64,000 nucleotides of DNA, taken from Alphaproteobacteria bacterium. Lineage in GTDB: Bacteria > Pseudomonadota > Alphaproteobacteria > Micavibrionales > Micavibrionaceae. The position numbers and the translations under genes were made by a program. Shown in pieces: positions 21,627-32,950 of this stretch. The notes under the pieces were generated by a model, which was given only the letters and a program-made list of their open reading frames with translations, had not been told where the DNA came from and did not search any database. How positions within the stretch are numbered: the stretch's first letter is position 1; the number at the start of each line of letters is the position of its first letter. The stretch is taken from assembly GCA_018399685.1 (NCBI GenBank), contig JAGYOK010000007.1:10272-74271 (forward strand), read 5' to 3'.

Positions 21627-22817
21627 TTGACTATGATTCTACGCCATTTTTTTATCTTGCTCGTTCTTATTGGGGGTGTCTTTGCGCCCTCTCACGATAC
21701 TTGCGCTGCCCCCGACAAAAAGGAAGAGCAATTAGAATCCATCAAGGCTGACTTGTCTGAAAAGACCAGACAAAAAAAGAGACTTGAGCAACGTGTCGAA
21801 AAAATAGAATCAGAGCTGATGGGCATCAAAACCCGACTTACCAAACTTGGGCGCAGCATGCGTGAAAGTGAAGATAAGCTCAAAAACACACAAGAGCGCA
21901 TCGCAAATCTTGAAACACAAAAAGAGCAGCTTTCCCAAAGTCTGGAGGAAGAACGCATTTCGATAGTGAAGTTGATTTTGATGCTTGGTCGTATTCGCAA
22001 AACACCACCAGAAGCAATGATCGCCCGCCCCGACACTCCCTATCATATTGCACAAAGCGCACTTTTAATGGAGAACATCATCCCCTCCGTCCGGCAAGAT
22101 GTAAGAACCCTCATGAATAAACTCAAGATTATTGATGAGCTCACCGCAGAATTGAAGGCAGAGCACATGAGTATGCAGGAAAGCGTTGCCAAACTGGAAA
22201 AAAAGCACAAAGAGCTTATGGTGCTTGTTAAAGAAAAAGAGAAAATTTACGCTGTGGTTGATGAAGACTTGAAGGCGCGGCAACTATCGGTAAACGCAAT
22301 ATCTCTTAAAGCCAGATCTTTGGAAGATTTAATAAACAAAATTAACATTGAAGAAAAGCGGGAGATCGCCCGCCAGAAACAATCAAAAATCTTTCGTCGT
22401 AAACCGGACTATTCGGCGGCGTTTGATAACAATGACCCTAATGCCCGGCTTCCAGTGTCAGGAATTATTCGTACAGCGTTCCATGATAATGATGAGTACG
22501 GATCAAAAAGCAATGGTCTGATGATTGAAGGAAGATCCGGTGGTCTGGTAATCGCCCCGATGAGCGGAAAAATACAATTCGTTGGCTCTTTCAAACGCTT
22601 TAGCAATATTGTTATTATTGAGCATGGCGGAGACTATCACAGCCTGATAGCTGGCCTGGGCGAGATTAATGCACAGATTGGTGATATTGTTAAACTTGGT
22701 GAACCGATTGGAATATTACCAGATTCTGCTTTAATTCCACGACCAAAGCTTTATTATGAGCTTAGAAAAAACGGGGCTCCGGTTAACCCTTCTGTCAGGT
22801 TTTCAGAACTTGGCTAA
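21627..22817 (+). CDS. EnvC-like murein hydrolase activator (coiled coil plus degenerate LytM/M23 domain)
   Basis: Signal peptide followed by a long coiled coil. The C-terminal M23 fold lacks the metal ligands: IEHGGDYHSLIAGL replaces the H-containing motif, and PKLYYELR replaces PHLHFE. Confidence 0.75.
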   Translation: MTMILRHFFILLVLIGGVFAPSHDTCAAPDKKEEQLESIKADLSEKTRQKKRLEQRVEKIESELMGIKTRLTKLGRSMRESEDKLKNTQERIANLETQKEQLSQSLEEERISIVKLILMLGRIRKTPPEAMIARPDTPYHIAQSALLMENIIPSVRQDVRTLMNKLKIIDELTAELKAEHMSMQESVAKLEKKHKELMVLVKEKEKIYAVVDEDLKARQLSVNAISLKARSLEDLINKINIEEKREIARQKQSKIFRRKPDYSAAFDNNDPNARLPVSGIIRTAFHDNDEYGSKSNGLMIEGRSGGLVIAPMSGKIQFVGSFKRFSNIVIIEHGGDYHSLIAGLGEINAQIGDIVKLGEPIGILPDSALIPRPKLYYELRKNGAPVNPSVRFSELG

Positions 22818-22881
22818 TATTTAAAAGCACTGCTTCATTTGAAATATTATTTTTATGTGACGATTTAAGGACAAATATACT

Positions 22882-24282
22882 ATGAAAAAACAAACTCTTA
22901 TCCTGACTATAGCAGCAACTCTGTTAACAGGGTTTAGCGGCCTTGCTATACACACTTCTTATGCGCAGGAAACAACACATAAAACAGAAAAAGAGGCCTC
23001 ATCTATACATAATGAAACTTACCGGCAATTAAATCTATTCGGCGATGTGTTTGAACGTGTACGCGCTGAATATGTTGAAGAAGTCGATGATAAAGAATTA
23101 ATAGAAAACGCCCTTAACGGAATGCTTTCCAGCCTTGACCCCCACTCCGGCTATCTAAGCGAAGAAAAATTTGCGGATATGCGTGTCGAAACAAAAGGTG
23201 AGTTTGGCGGGCTGGGCATCGAGGTAACAATGGAAAACGGTCTGGTAAAGGTTGTTTCCCCTATTGATGACACACCGGCCTTCCGCGCAGGCGTACAAGC
23301 TGGTGATTATATTATCAAAATAGACAGTGATTCCGTTATGGGAATGAGCCTCAGCGAAGCCGTTGATAAAATGCGTGGAAAAGTCGGCTCTGCTATTGAC
23401 TTGACAATCGCTCGTGAAGGCGAAGATGCGCCAATAGAAATTACGATTGTTCGTGATATTATTCAGATCAAATCGGTTCGTTATCGTACAGAAGGAAATG
23501 TCGGATATATTCGCGTAACTACCTTTAGTGAAAAGACAGGCCCGGGAGTTAAAGACGCAGTAAAAAATATTTCAAGTGAGCTGGGCGATAATCTTATTGG
23601 TTATGTTCTGGACTTGCGTAATAATCCGGGTGGCCTGCTCTCTCAAGCGATTGAAGTTGCTGATATCTTTTTAGATAAGGGGGAGATCGTATCACAGCGT
23701 GGTCGTTATGAAGAAGATACCGAGCGCAAGAATGCCACTTCTGGAGACATGGCAAACGGTTTACCGATTGTTGTTCTGGTAAATGGCGGTTCGGCTTCAG
23801 CATCTGAAATTGTGGCAGGAGCACTTCAGGATCACAAACGTGCCATCACAATGGGTATGCAATCCTTCGGTAAAGGCTCTGTGCAAACGGTTATGCCCTT
23901 CCCCGGAAATGGCGCCATGCGACTTACAACTGCTCGCTATTACACCCCTTCAGGTATATCTATTCAGGCTAAAGGTATAACACCTGATATTGTTGTTGAG
24001 CCTGCAATGGTGGAGGTTCTTGCGTCCAAACGCATGCGCGAGGCCGACCTTCCCGGCGCTCTTGATAACGGCAAGGATAAGAATAAAAAGCCTGCGAACG
24101 ACAATAAAAAAGACAAAAAGAAGGATAGTAAGAAGTCCGATGATATGTCTTTAAAAGAGAAAGATGCAGAAGTTGAAGAGGCCATAGACTACCAGCTTCT
24201 TCGCGCCCTCGATCTTTTGAAAGGCCTGTCTTTGTACCAACAGCCAAAATCTCTAACCGCTGCCGAAGCTTCAGGAGAATAA
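22882..24282 (+). CDS. ctpA: carboxy-terminal processing protease (S41)
   Basis: Signal peptide, PDZ segment (GGLGIEV...), and the S41 catalytic region (NGGSASASEI...GKGSVQ). The C-terminal tail is Lys-rich. Confidence 0.9.
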   Translation: MKKQTLILTIAATLLTGFSGLAIHTSYAQETTHKTEKEASSIHNETYRQLNLFGDVFERVRAEYVEEVDDKELIENALNGMLSSLDPHSGYLSEEKFADMRVETKGEFGGLGIEVTMENGLVKVVSPIDDTPAFRAGVQAGDYIIKIDSDSVMGMSLSEAVDKMRGKVGSAIDLTIAREGEDAPIEITIVRDIIQIKSVRYRTEGNVGYIRVTTFSEKTGPGVKDAVKNISSELGDNLIGYVLDLRNNPGGLLSQAIEVADIFLDKGEIVSQRGRYEEDTERKNATSGDMANGLPIVVLVNGGSASASEIVAGALQDHKRAITMGMQSFGKGSVQTVMPFPGNGAMRLTTARYYTPSGISIQAKGITPDIVVEPAMVEVLASKRMREADLPGALDNGKDKNKKPANDNKKDKKKDSKKSDDMSLKEKDAEVEEAIDYQLLRALDLLKGLSLYQQPKSLTAAEASGE

Positions 24283-24294
24283 GCGAGAAACAAA

Positions 24295-25497
24295 ATGGGC
24301 GTCGCACAACTTATAGAAAAGATAAAAGCAAAACTGCCTTCTTTCGGGGCGCTGCCTGTTTTGGTTCCTCCCGCCCTGTCAGAGAGATTAAGCATCCTAG
24401 ATAAAAGACAGCTCTTAATCTCTTGCAGTGGCGTTTTGTTTTTCTATGTAATTGTTTTCAGCTACGTTTATTTTTCTTCGGCAAATACCATAGAAAGCAT
24501 GGAAAAAAACATGGCCACCATCAGCGTTGAACTGAAGGAAAAAGCGCCAAGTGCTTATGGTATCGGGGCACATAAGGCCGCCAACCCCGATATAGGTTCT
24601 CATGAAATGGCAAAAGCTAATTTGCTGGAGGGGCTTTCAAAATATGACAGTATGTTTGGGCGTTTACCTGTTATCAGGGCGGGAGATCAGCTTACCAGCT
24701 TTCGCGCCTATCAAACGCCATTCTCATTAGACGGAATTGGAAACAAGCCCGTAATTTCTTTTGTGTTAAAAGATTATGGATTGTCGGCTAAAGCATCAAA
24801 TACGGCTCTTGATATTTTGCCTCCGGAAGTTTCTTTTTTACTGTCTCCTTACGCAGATTTGCCACAAGAATGGATCAACCGTGCGCGGGCTGCTGGCCAT
24901 GAAGTATGGATAGAAATCCCCATCCAGCGCGAAGGCAGCACCGATTCCGGGCTAAATACTGTTTTCCACCACGATTCACTTTCCGAAAAAGGCAAGACCA
25001 TGCGTACATCTTTATCTCGTGGCCTTGGTTATGTGGGCGTAGGAGTGTTCATGGATGAGGGAATCACAGAAACCGGAGAGCACTATACCAAGCTTTTGGA
25101 AGAGTTATATGGCCGCGGGCTGGCCGCTCTTGAAATGAATCCTGAAGCTCCGACCTTCATAGAAGCAATGGCCGTCACTAAAGCAGCACCATACATTAAA
25201 ACCACTGATAATGTTAAGCGTGTCTCCGGCATCAATCCATTTTCAACTGTCGAAGAAAATGCCCATAAAACCGGACAGGCGGTTGCTGTGATCCCTCCCT
25301 ATCCTGTTATGATTAAAGACCTTGCCCTATGGATAGAAAAAGTTGGAAAGATCGATTATGTTATAGCTCCCGCTTCAGCAATATATGATTTGCCACTAGC
25401 GCGAGCCGGAGCATTAACAAACCCTGTCACCTCGCCGCAGGCTCTGGGCAATAAAGATTTAGAGCATCCGTCAGAGGATTCCCCTTATGGCCTCTAA
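24295..25497 (+). CDS. divergent polysaccharide deacetylase (YibQ-like) family protein
   Basis: TM anchor followed by a YibQ-like core (ISFVLKDYG...ILPPEVSFLLSPY...AGHEVWIEIP). The envC-ctpA-yibQ-type neighbourhood is conserved. Confidence 0.65.
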   Translation: MGVAQLIEKIKAKLPSFGALPVLVPPALSERLSILDKRQLLISCSGVLFFYVIVFSYVYFSSANTIESMEKNMATISVELKEKAPSAYGIGAHKAANPDIGSHEMAKANLLEGLSKYDSMFGRLPVIRAGDQLTSFRAYQTPFSLDGIGNKPVISFVLKDYGLSAKASNTALDILPPEVSFLLSPYADLPQEWINRARAAGHEVWIEIPIQREGSTDSGLNTVFHHDSLSEKGKTMRTSLSRGLGYVGVGVFMDEGITETGEHYTKLLEELYGRGLAALEMNPEAPTFIEAMAVTKAAPYIKTTDNVKRVSGINPFSTVEENAHKTGQAVAVIPPYPVMIKDLALWIEKVGKIDYVIAPASAIYDLPLARAGALTNPVTSPQALGNKDLEHPSEDSPYGL

Positions 25498-25960
25498 TAC
25501 TACTAACAGGCTATACAGACCTTGTGTCGGTATTGCCTTGTTCAACAATGAGGGAAAGGTTTTTGTCGGCGAACGTATTGATACTCCGGGGGCTTGGCAA
25601 CTGCCCCAAGGCGGTATAGATCCGGGTGAAGACGTCGAGCTTGCTGCTCTGCGTGAGATGAAAGAAGAAATCGGCACGGATAAGGCCGAAATTATATGCG
25701 TTGCTGATAGCAAGATTTGCTACGATCTTCCAGATAAAATTGCCAATAAAATATGGGATGGTAAATATTGCGGGCAAGAGCAAACCTGGGTCGCCCTTCG
25801 CTTTACCGGGCAGGATCAAGATATCAGCCTAAACAATTTCGAGCCGCCGGAATTCTCGGCATGGCAATGGGTCTCGTTAGAAAAAATACCGGAACTTATC
25901 GTGCCTTTTAAACGAGACACCTATAAACAGGTAGTCGCGATGTTCAAGAACATTATTTAA
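25487..25960 (+). CDS. rppH: RNA pyrophosphohydrolase (Nudix)
   Basis: Nudix box GGIDPGEDVELAALREMKEEIG is present. The size and N-terminal YRPCVGIALFN segment are typical of RppH. Confidence 0.85.
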   Translation: MASNTTNRLYRPCVGIALFNNEGKVFVGERIDTPGAWQLPQGGIDPGEDVELAALREMKEEIGTDKAEIICVADSKICYDLPDKIANKIWDGKYCGQEQTWVALRFTGQDQDISLNNFEPPEFSAWQWVSLEKIPELIVPFKRDTYKQVVAMFKNII

Positions 25961-25966
25961 AAATAA

Positions 25967-27301
25967 TCACGGATTAATTGGTGACCACGCCGGATCAGAG
26001 CCATCTTTCGGTGTTTTTAGTATTTGCTCGTTATAGCCGGTGATGTCGATTGTATAGAGCTTTGCTATACGCTGATCTCCCGAAGGTTGCTCTTTGAAAT
26101 AAGATAATACTCGCCCGTTCGGAGACCATGTAGGCCCTTCCACGTGATATGCGCTGGTGATTAGACGTTCTCCCGAACCATCAGGGCGAATAACTCCGAT
26201 AAAAAATTTCCCCTGATACATGCGGGTAAAAGCTATCAAATCACCGCGTGGTGACCATACAGGATTCCCGTAACGGCCTTTACCATATGTAAGACGGTTA
26301 ATGGCCGAGCCATCAACATTCATAATATAGAGCTGTTGCCCGCCGCTTCTATCGGATTCAAAAACGATCTTTTCCCCGTCAGGCGAGTAACATGGCGCAG
26401 TCTCAATAGACGCCCCACTAGTCATACGCTTGGCATGCCTGCTTTTCAGATCCATAACATAAATATCTGTATTCCCGTTTTTAGCCAGACTGAATACAAG
26501 TTTTTGGCCATCTGGAGAAAATCGCGGAGCAAAGCTCATTCCTTCAAAATTGCCCAAAGTTTCATGACGCCCTGTGTTAATATCATAGAGATAAACCTTG
26601 GGAATGCCCCCCTGATAAGACATATAGGTAATGCGCTGCGTTTCTGGAGAAAATCTGGGAGTTAGAACAAGATAGCTCCCATCCGTAAGATATTTATGAT
26701 TAGCACCATCTTGATCCATAATCGCCAGACGCTTGACACGCTTCTTCATAGATCCGCTTTCAGCAACATAAACGATGCGTGTATCAAAATATCCGTCCTC
26801 GCCACTCAGGCGTTTATAGATCTCATCAGACATAATATGAGCAATGCGGCGCCAGTTTTCAGGGGTTGTAGTATAGGCCGTGCCTATAAGCTGGCGCTGA
26901 GACAGAACATCCCACAAGCGAAACTCAACGCGGGTGTTGCCCTGTTCGTCGGTCATTACAGTTCCGCTAACCAGAGTTTCCGTGCCTGTCATGCGCCATT
27001 CAGGGAAACGTACACCTTCTTGGGAAATAGAAGCAGGCGTCTGAACAAAGGCATTTTCATTAATAGGCTGGAACAAACCGGAAGTTTCCAGATTACGCTT
27101 AACAATCTGGGGGATTTCGCGTGCCATAATATCATGTTGCGGGCTTGTAGAATGAAAAGTTGAAATAGCAATCGGGCGTGGCTTGAATGTCCCTTTGGTA
27201 ATACGCGCCTCGAACCCTTGTGCGTAAGCTGTACTAGCAGCAGCAAGGCTTAGCACAAATAATGAAAGGAGCAATAAACTAGCAAAGCCACGATGAATCA
27301 T
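25967..27301 (-). CDS. tolB: Tol-Pal system beta-propeller protein TolB
   Basis: 444-aa ORF with a signal peptide, repeated propeller blades (P.FSPDG..L.F...) and a position downstream of tolQRA. Confidence 0.9.
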   Translation of the reverse strand: MIHRGFASLLLLSLFVLSLAAASTAYAQGFEARITKGTFKPRPIAISTFHSTSPQHDIMAREIPQIVKRNLETSGLFQPINENAFVQTPASISQEGVRFPEWRMTGTETLVSGTVMTDEQGNTRVEFRLWDVLSQRQLIGTAYTTTPENWRRIAHIMSDEIYKRLSGEDGYFDTRIVYVAESGSMKKRVKRLAIMDQDGANHKYLTDGSYLVLTPRFSPETQRITYMSYQGGIPKVYLYDINTGRHETLGNFEGMSFAPRFSPDGQKLVFSLAKNGNTDIYVMDLKSRHAKRMTSGASIETAPCYSPDGEKIVFESDRSGGQQLYIMNVDGSAINRLTYGKGRYGNPVWSPRGDLIAFTRMYQGKFFIGVIRPDGSGERLITSAYHVEGPTWSPNGRVLSYFKEQPSGDQRIAKLYTIDITGYNEQILKTPKDGSDPAWSPINP

Positions 27302-27348
27302 TGTCTTTTATCCTATAGTTTTAAATATCCCAAGCAAGAATTAAGAGA

Positions 27349-28263
27349 CTATAACATCTGGCTTGGATCAAATACATACACAAAATTCTTCCACGTTTCA
27401 TATTTTTCGGGAGGAAGATTTAACGTTGAGCATTGAGGATTCAGCAGCGCCCACCTTGCAGCATCCGCAGCGGATTTATAGTGCTGGTCTGTTGCATAGC
27501 GCATTTGTTCTACAATCTTGACATCGCGCACAGTGCGGTCTGGATTAACAGTCACATTAAGCTTAACAATCAGATTTTCTGCATAACGCCCGCCAGCATT
27601 AAGATTCCAGCATGGCTGCACACCTTGATTTAATGCTACAAGATCGCTGCTCGTCATTTGCCTGCCCGCATTGCCAGCCTGCGTTGTGCCTCCGGTATTT
27701 TTATCATCGGAGTTAATCATCTCTTCCGCATTGTTCCAATCTACCGGTGTAATATCTTTAAGAACACTGGTAATACTTCGCTCTGGCTGGGTAACCTCTT
27801 CAGTATTTCCGGGTTTGCTTTCCAATGGCTTAGGTTTTGGTTTAGCCGTGGGCTTGGGCGGAACTTTTATAAGTGTTGGATCAGGAACAGCAACCCCCTG
27901 ATCTTTAGCAGTGTTTTTGCTTTCGTCCTTAATATCCGGTTGCTTTGGCTGCGTTAAATTTGGGACGCTGTCGGTATTGTTATAGACTGGTTTGGCAGGA
28001 GGCAGCGGCGCATCCTCCTCCTCTTTTATTGTTTGCTCATCTTTGATAATTCCAGAATTATCAAACAGCTCTACATCCATAACCATCTCATCAGATGCCA
28101 GATATATGTCATTCCTGTCAGCAATTTGCGGCAGCCCCACAATAGCAAAAATAAAAACGGCAATATGCAAAACGGCAGAAACAAGGGTTGGCCAGCCGAC
28201 TTCCGGCAAAGCCACAAAATCTTTGTAAGTTTTTTGTAATGCAATACTCTTCATAAGATTCAA
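27349..28263 (-). CDS. tolA: TolA-like cell envelope integrity protein
   Basis: N-terminal TM segment, a Pro/Lys-rich linker (PPKPTAKPKPKP) and a TonB/TolA-type C-terminal domain. It sits between tolR and tolB. Confidence 0.6.
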   Translation of the reverse strand: MNLMKSIALQKTYKDFVALPEVGWPTLVSAVLHIAVFIFAIVGLPQIADRNDIYLASDEMVMDVELFDNSGIIKDEQTIKEEEDAPLPPAKPVYNNTDSVPNLTQPKQPDIKDESKNTAKDQGVAVPDPTLIKVPPKPTAKPKPKPLESKPGNTEEVTQPERSITSVLKDITPVDWNNAEEMINSDDKNTGGTTQAGNAGRQMTSSDLVALNQGVQPCWNLNAGGRYAENLIVKLNVTVNPDRTVRDVKIVEQMRYATDQHYKSAADAARWALLNPQCSTLNLPPEKYETWKNFVYVFDPSQML

Positions 28264-28265
28264 TT

Positions 28266-28715
28266 TTATTTTTGTTTAGTAATAAGCGCGACTTTGTTAA
28301 AGCCCGCCGCATTTAATTCTCCGAGCAATCCCATGACCTTGCCGTAATCAAGAGCCTGATCCGCGCGGACATAAATGCGCGGTTGCTCACCAGCATTGCT
28401 TTCAATCGTTGCTTTAAGAATGGTAACAAGTGCCCCGCGTTTAACTTGGGTTTCGGAAAGATAAACATTGCCGTCTTTATCCATTGTCAACTCAACTGGC
28501 TTGTTATCTTCTGTGGTAATGCTTTTGGCTCTACTATCAGGAAGATCAATAGGCACACCGGCTGTCATAAGTGGTGCGGAAACCATAAAAACAACCAGCA
28601 AAACCAGCATTACGTCATTCATCGGAATAACGTTCATTTCTGCCATAGGACGAAAGCGCCCGCCTGTCTTGCGACCGCTTGCCCGACTTCTAAAGCCTCC
28701 GGTTGAACCGCCCAT
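28266..28715 (-). CDS. tolR: TolR (ExbD/TolR family)
   Basis: Contains MAEMNVIPMNDVMLVLLVVFMV, the TM segment typical of ExbD/TolR. Position within the tol cluster fits. Confidence 0.85.
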   Translation of the reverse strand: MGGSTGGFRSRASGRKTGGRFRPMAEMNVIPMNDVMLVLLVVFMVSAPLMTAGVPIDLPDSRAKSITTEDNKPVELTMDKDGNVYLSETQVKRGALVTILKATIESNAGEQPRIYVRADQALDYGKVMGLLGELNAAGFNKVALITKQK

Positions 28716-28733
28716 ATCGAAATACTCCTTAAG

Positions 28734-29486
28734 TTATTTCTTCTTACTGTTTTGGATGCTCACCTCGTGTGAATCCAGATGACGCGATAAGATCGCCGAA
28801 AATTCATCAGTGAAGGCTTCCAACCTGTCGGCATAACTATTCAGCCCGCTGGACAGAACGTTAAAAGCAATAGATGCCGGAATAGCTGCAACAAGGCCAA
28901 TCGCAGTAGCAAATAACGCCTCGGCAATCCCCGGAGCGACTACGGCTAGTGAAGTATTGTTTGAGCTGGCAATAGCGGTAAAGCTGTTCATAATTCCCCA
29001 GACAGTCCCAAGCAAACCTATAAAAGGCGCAGTGGATGCGACGCTGGCCAAGAAAGTCATACCTCTTTCCAACTGATTCATTTCGCGGCCAATAGCCACG
29101 CTCATTGATCTTTCAACACGTTGCTTTAAACTCGCTTGCAGCGTCTTGCTAGAGGGAACCCCTCCAATAACTCCGGCTTTCCATTCATCCATTCCGGCTG
29201 AAAATGTCCTGAGCATGGGGTCTTCTTTGCTCTTTTTCACGCGAGCATAAATCTTGTCCAGCGGCTCCCCCGACCAGAAAGAATCTTCAAACTTGTTTGC
29301 CCGATGATTGAGGCCAGCCAGAAGACTGCGTTTATGAATGATAATCGTCCAGCTCCAAAACGAGCAGCCGAGCAACAAGAGCATAACAAATTTAACCATG
29401 ATATCCGCTTGCATAAAAAGCCCTATTGCACTGATATCATGTGTTGCCACAGCCCCCAGGCCTTCTGCCACTACTTCCATCGTCAT
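28734..29486 (-). CDS. tolQ: TolQ (MotA/TolQ/ExbB channel family)
   Basis: 250-aa three-TM ORF with the conserved APFIGLLGTVWGIM segment. Confidence 0.9.
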   Translation of the reverse strand: MTMEVVAEGLGAVATHDISAIGLFMQADIMVKFVMLLLLGCSFWSWTIIIHKRSLLAGLNHRANKFEDSFWSGEPLDKIYARVKKSKEDPMLRTFSAGMDEWKAGVIGGVPSSKTLQASLKQRVERSMSVAIGREMNQLERGMTFLASVASTAPFIGLLGTVWGIMNSFTAIASSNNTSLAVVAPGIAEALFATAIGLVAAIPASIAFNVLSSGLNSYADRLEAFTDEFSAILSRHLDSHEVSIQNSKKK

Positions 29487-29583
29487 GTTTTTTGTCCTTA
29501 TTTATAAATTACCAAATACCTTATTCGTATGTACGGATGAAAAAATAACTTCCTCTTCCGTTTTTTACTAAATTTATTCCAGT

Positions 29584-30000
29584 TTAATTTATGATCTCCG
29601 AGTATTTAAGGAAAGCTTCTTTAATGCTTAGCGGCATACGTACAGGTTTAAAGCTCTGATATTCAACACAAACCAACAAAACATTTATATCGCAAATAGA
29701 AGTCTCGCCCCGCTTGAGATGCTGGTTCATTACAAAACTGGAGTTTTTAATTTCCGATACACTGGTTTCCACGCTCAGCATATCATCCAATCGCGCAGGT
29801 TTGATAAAGTGAACATCCATATTACGGACTACAAAAACCAGGCCTTCATCATCGCATAGCTTTTGATTTTCGTAACCTAGAGAGCGCAAAAGCTCGGTTC
29901 GCCCGCGTTCGGCAAAGTGTAAATAGCGCGCATGATAAACCACCCCGCCAGCATCGGTGTCTTCATAATAAACACGAAAATTGACCTTATGCTTTGTCAT
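29584..30000 (-). CDS. ybgC: tol-pal-associated acyl-CoA thioesterase (4HBT fold)
   Basis: Contains the [17 protein letters not shown] hot-dog thioesterase motif. The start is taken as the ATG at 30000 (MTKHK...). It overlaps the ruvB stop by 14 nt. Confidence 0.8.
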   Translation of the reverse strand: MTKHKVNFRVYYEDTDAGGVVYHARYLHFAERGRTELLRSLGYENQKLCDDEGLVFVVRNMDVHFIKPARLDDMLSVETSVSEIKNSSFVMNQHLKRGETSICDINVLLVCVEYQSFKPVRMPLSIKEAFLKYSEIIN

Positions 30001-31054
30001 TTTGCTCACTAAGTAAATCAAGTTGTTCAGAGGCTTTTTCAGGAGCGCTTATCCCTAAATACTGGAATCCTTTTGCAGACACCATCCTCCCGCGCGGAGT
30101 ACGTTGTACCAGACCTTGTTGCATTAGATAAGGCTCGATAACATCTTCAATCATGTCGCGCTGTTCTGACAATGCCGCTGCCAGCGTCTCAACGCCGACT
30201 GGCCCCCCGCCATAGTTCTCGGCAATGCATCTCATATAGCGCCGATCCATAGTGTCCAGCCCCGCACCATCTACATCCAGTCGCGACAAAGCCTGATCGA
30301 CCAAAGAAGCATTCGCCTCTTTCAGCTCCGAAGCATCAAAAAAGTCTCTTACACGTCGGGTAAGGCGCCCTGCAATTCTGGGTGTTCCTCGAGAGCGACG
30401 GGCAATTTCCACTGCACCTCTTCGAGTAAGAGGCATGTTAAGCAGCCGCGCCGACCGTTCAACAATAAAAGCGAGTTCCTCGGCAGCATAAAATTCAAGG
30501 CGCATGGGGATACCAAACCGGTCACGCAATGGATTAGTCAGCAACCCGCTGCGCGTCGTTGCTCCAACCAGAGTAAAAGGTGGCAGGTCAATTTGTACCG
30601 AGCGTGCGGCTGGCCCTTCCCCTATAATCAGGTCAAGTTTATGATCTTCCATCGCCGGATAAAGAATTTCCTCCACTGCCGGATTAAGGCGGTGTATTTC
30701 ATCAATAAACAAAACATCATTAGGCTGTAGATTTGTTAGAATAGCGGCTAAATCTCCTGATCTGGCAATCACAGGCCCCGAAGTTGCGCGAAACCCGACC
30801 CCAAGCTCTTTGGCAACAATCTGTGCCAGTGTCGTTTTCCCAAGCCCCGGTGGGCCAAAAAACAGCACATGATCCATAGCCCCGCCGCGCGCCCTTGCTG
30901 CTTTTATAAAAACACTCAGGTTTTCACATAATGGCTTTTGTCCAATAAATTCGCTAAGCGTTTCCGGGCGCAAAGCCCCTTCTATAGGACGCTCCCCCTT
31001 TTGGGTTTGTTTTTCCAGCTGCGGGTTATTAGCTGTATTTAAATTAACACTCAT
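29987..31054 (-). CDS. ruvB: Holliday junction branch migration ATPase RuvB
   Basis: Walker A (GPPGLGKTT), Walker B (LFIDEIHR) and full-length RuvB conservation. Confidence 0.97.
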   Translation of the reverse strand: MSVNLNTANNPQLEKQTQKGERPIEGALRPETLSEFIGQKPLCENLSVFIKAARARGGAMDHVLFFGPPGLGKTTLAQIVAKELGVGFRATSGPVIARSGDLAAILTNLQPNDVLFIDEIHRLNPAVEEILYPAMEDHKLDLIIGEGPAARSVQIDLPPFTLVGATTRSGLLTNPLRDRFGIPMRLEFYAAEELAFIVERSARLLNMPLTRRGAVEIARRSRGTPRIAGRLTRRVRDFFDASELKEANASLVDQALSRLDVDGAGLDTMDRRYMRCIAENYGGGPVGVETLAAALSEQRDMIEDVIEPYLMQQGLVQRTPRGRMVSAKGFQYLGISAPEKASEQLDLLSEQNDKA

Positions 31055-31659
31055 GAGCTAAGTTCCCTCAATGCCAATCTTATTAAACTTTGCAAGTCCT
31101 GCGCGTCTTTTCCTGCAACGGTTACAGCTCGCAAAGCATCACTACTGGCATATCCCAAATTGGTAAGTGCGGATACAGCATCTTGCTCTATCCCGCCGAT
31201 AGAAGGATTTTGAGATACAGGATCAGAAGAAGAAACCCCGCCACTGCCTAAATCTATCTTTCCTGCTTTATCTTTAAGCTCTGTTAATATACGCGTTGCC
31301 AATTTTGGCCCGACACCATCTGCACGGGTTAAAGCGGCCTTATCTTGCGAAGCTATTATAAAGCCAAGCTGATCGGCTGGACACGCCGCTAAAATAGATA
31401 AACCGGCTTTTGCCCCCACACCTTGCACACTGGTTAAAAGCTTAAACCACTCTTGCTCTGCAGCATCGGCAAACCCGAACAGCGTAATGGCATCCTCACG
31501 GACATTGGTAATAATCAGCAAAGAGGCTGCATCCCCCACTTGCCCGATGCGCGTCAAAGTGCGGGCGCTGGCAAAAATCAGATACCCCACACCCGACACA
31601 TCCAATATAAGATGGCCGCTGCCAAAACTGTCAATAATGCCTGATAGTTTGCCTATCAT
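31051..31659 (-). CDS. ruvA: Holliday junction DNA helicase subunit RuvA
   Basis: Begins MIGKLSGII...VGY and has HhH motifs ([21 protein letters not shown]). It overlaps the ruvB start (ATGA). Confidence 0.92.
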   Translation of the reverse strand: MIGKLSGIIDSFGSGHLILDVSGVGYLIFASARTLTRIGQVGDAASLLIITNVREDAITLFGFADAAEQEWFKLLTSVQGVGAKAGLSILAACPADQLGFIIASQDKAALTRADGVGPKLATRILTELKDKAGKIDLGSGGVSSSDPVSQNPSIGGIEQDAVSALTNLGYASSDALRAVTVAGKDAQDLQSLIRLALRELSS

Positions 31660-31669
31660 AATGAACTAC

Positions 31670-32161
31670 TCAACGCCCGGATAAAACTATGTTTAAAGAT
31701 CTATAATGCGCGTGTGTGATTGCTACCGCAAGTGCGTCGGCCTCATCTTCGCTAAGTGTTCCACAGGCTGGAAGAAGGGTTTTAACCATCATTCCCATTT
31801 GTTGTTTTGCCGCATGCCCGCTTCCCACGATTGATTTTTTTATTTTATTAGCGTCATACTCTGCCACCGAAATTCCTTTAATAGCAGGAACCATTAACAA
31901 AACTCCCCGCGCCTGACCAAGCTTCAGCGCGCTAGCAGGATTTTTATTCACAAATGTTTTTTCAATCGCAGCTTCTTCGGGTAGCTGGTCTTCAATCACA
32001 CTTATTAATTCATGATACAATGTTGCTAATCTCTCGGACATTTCCGCTTCTCGTTTAGGAAGTATCAGGCCGCTGGCAATATAGCTCAGAGAGTTTCCAG
32101 AGCTTTCAATTATGCCCCAGCCCGTTTTTTGCAATCCCGGATCTATGCCAAGAATTTTCAT
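31670..32161 (-). CDS. ruvC: crossover junction endodeoxyribonuclease RuvC
   Basis: Begins MKILGIDPGL..TGWGII. A catalytic acidic residue pattern (DEADALA) lies near the C-terminus. Confidence 0.93.
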   Translation of the reverse strand: MKILGIDPGLQKTGWGIIESSGNSLSYIASGLILPKREAEMSERLATLYHELISVIEDQLPEEAAIEKTFVNKNPASALKLGQARGVLLMVPAIKGISVAEYDANKIKKSIVGSGHAAKQQMGMMVKTLLPACGTLSEDEADALAVAITHAHYRSLNIVLSGR

Positions 32162-32194
32162 ATAATCCGGCTCCTAAAAAATAAGAAGAAAAAA

Positions 32195-32950
32195 TTATTC
32201 CGTAGCAGCAAGCTTTTCCATGATTTCATCACTGATTTCAAAGTTTGCTGTAACTTTTTGGACATCGTCATTGTCTTCAAGTATATCAATCAGCTTCATA
32301 ATCGAGTTCGCCTGATCTTCATTAACATCGGTTGTAATATTTGGTTGCCAGATAAGGCCTTGACGTTCAGGATCTCCGAAACGTTTTTCGAGTTCATCAC
32401 GTACTGTTGCAAAATCTTCTACAGAGCAGTGAATTTCATGGCACTCTTCCGAGCTTTCTACATTTGAAGCGCCAGCCTCTAAAGCAGCCTCAAATACATC
32501 ATCAGCATTTGCTATGTCAGCCGGAAAGACAACCTCGGCCATGCGGTCAAACATGAAGCTCACACAGCCTGTTTCACCTAGATTACCATTGCATTTCGTA
32601 AAGGCAGAACGCACCTCGGCGGCTGTTCTGTTTTTATTATCACTCAAAGCTTCAACAATAATTGCAACGCCACCGGCTCCATAACCCTCATAGCGAATCT
32701 CTTCATAGTTATCACCATCACTAGCACCAACCCCCTTTTGAATAGCGCGCTCTATAGCATCCTTGGGCATTGACTGGCCGCGCGCGGTTAATACTGCAAG
32801 CCTGAGGCGCGGATTCATATCGGGATCTTCTCCCCCAAGCTTGGCAGCAACGGTAATTTCACGCCCCAACTTAGAAAAAATCTTTGCGCGTTTAGCATCT
32901 TGTGCGCCTTTTCTGTGCTTAATATTTGCCCACTTGGAATGACCCGCCAT
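32195..32950 (-). CDS. yebC: YebC/PmpR family DNA-binding regulator
   Basis: The N-terminus [25 protein letters not shown] is diagnostic for the family. Confidence 0.93.
   Translation of the reverse strand: MAGHSKWANIKHRKGAQDAKRAKIFSKLGREITVAAKLGGEDPDMNPRLRLAVLTARGQSMPKDAIERAIQKGVGASDGDNYEEIRYEGYGAGGVAIIVEALSDNKNRTAAEVRSAFTKCNGNLGETGCVSFMFDRMAEVVFPADIANADDVFEAALEAGASNVESSEECHEIHCSVEDFATVRDELEKRFGDPERQGLIWQPNITTDVNEDQANSIMKLIDILEDNDDVQKVTANFEISDEIMEKLAATE

Noticed and set aside
26336-27163. Long antisense ORFs inside well-supported genes (for example 26336-26665 and 26696-27163 opposite tolB, 322-747 opposite proB, 46609-47004 opposite valS)
   Set aside because: These are shadow frames of strongly conserved genes on the other strand. 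They have no RBS, no recognisable motifs and odd composition. The same applies to most short track ORFs not listed as features.
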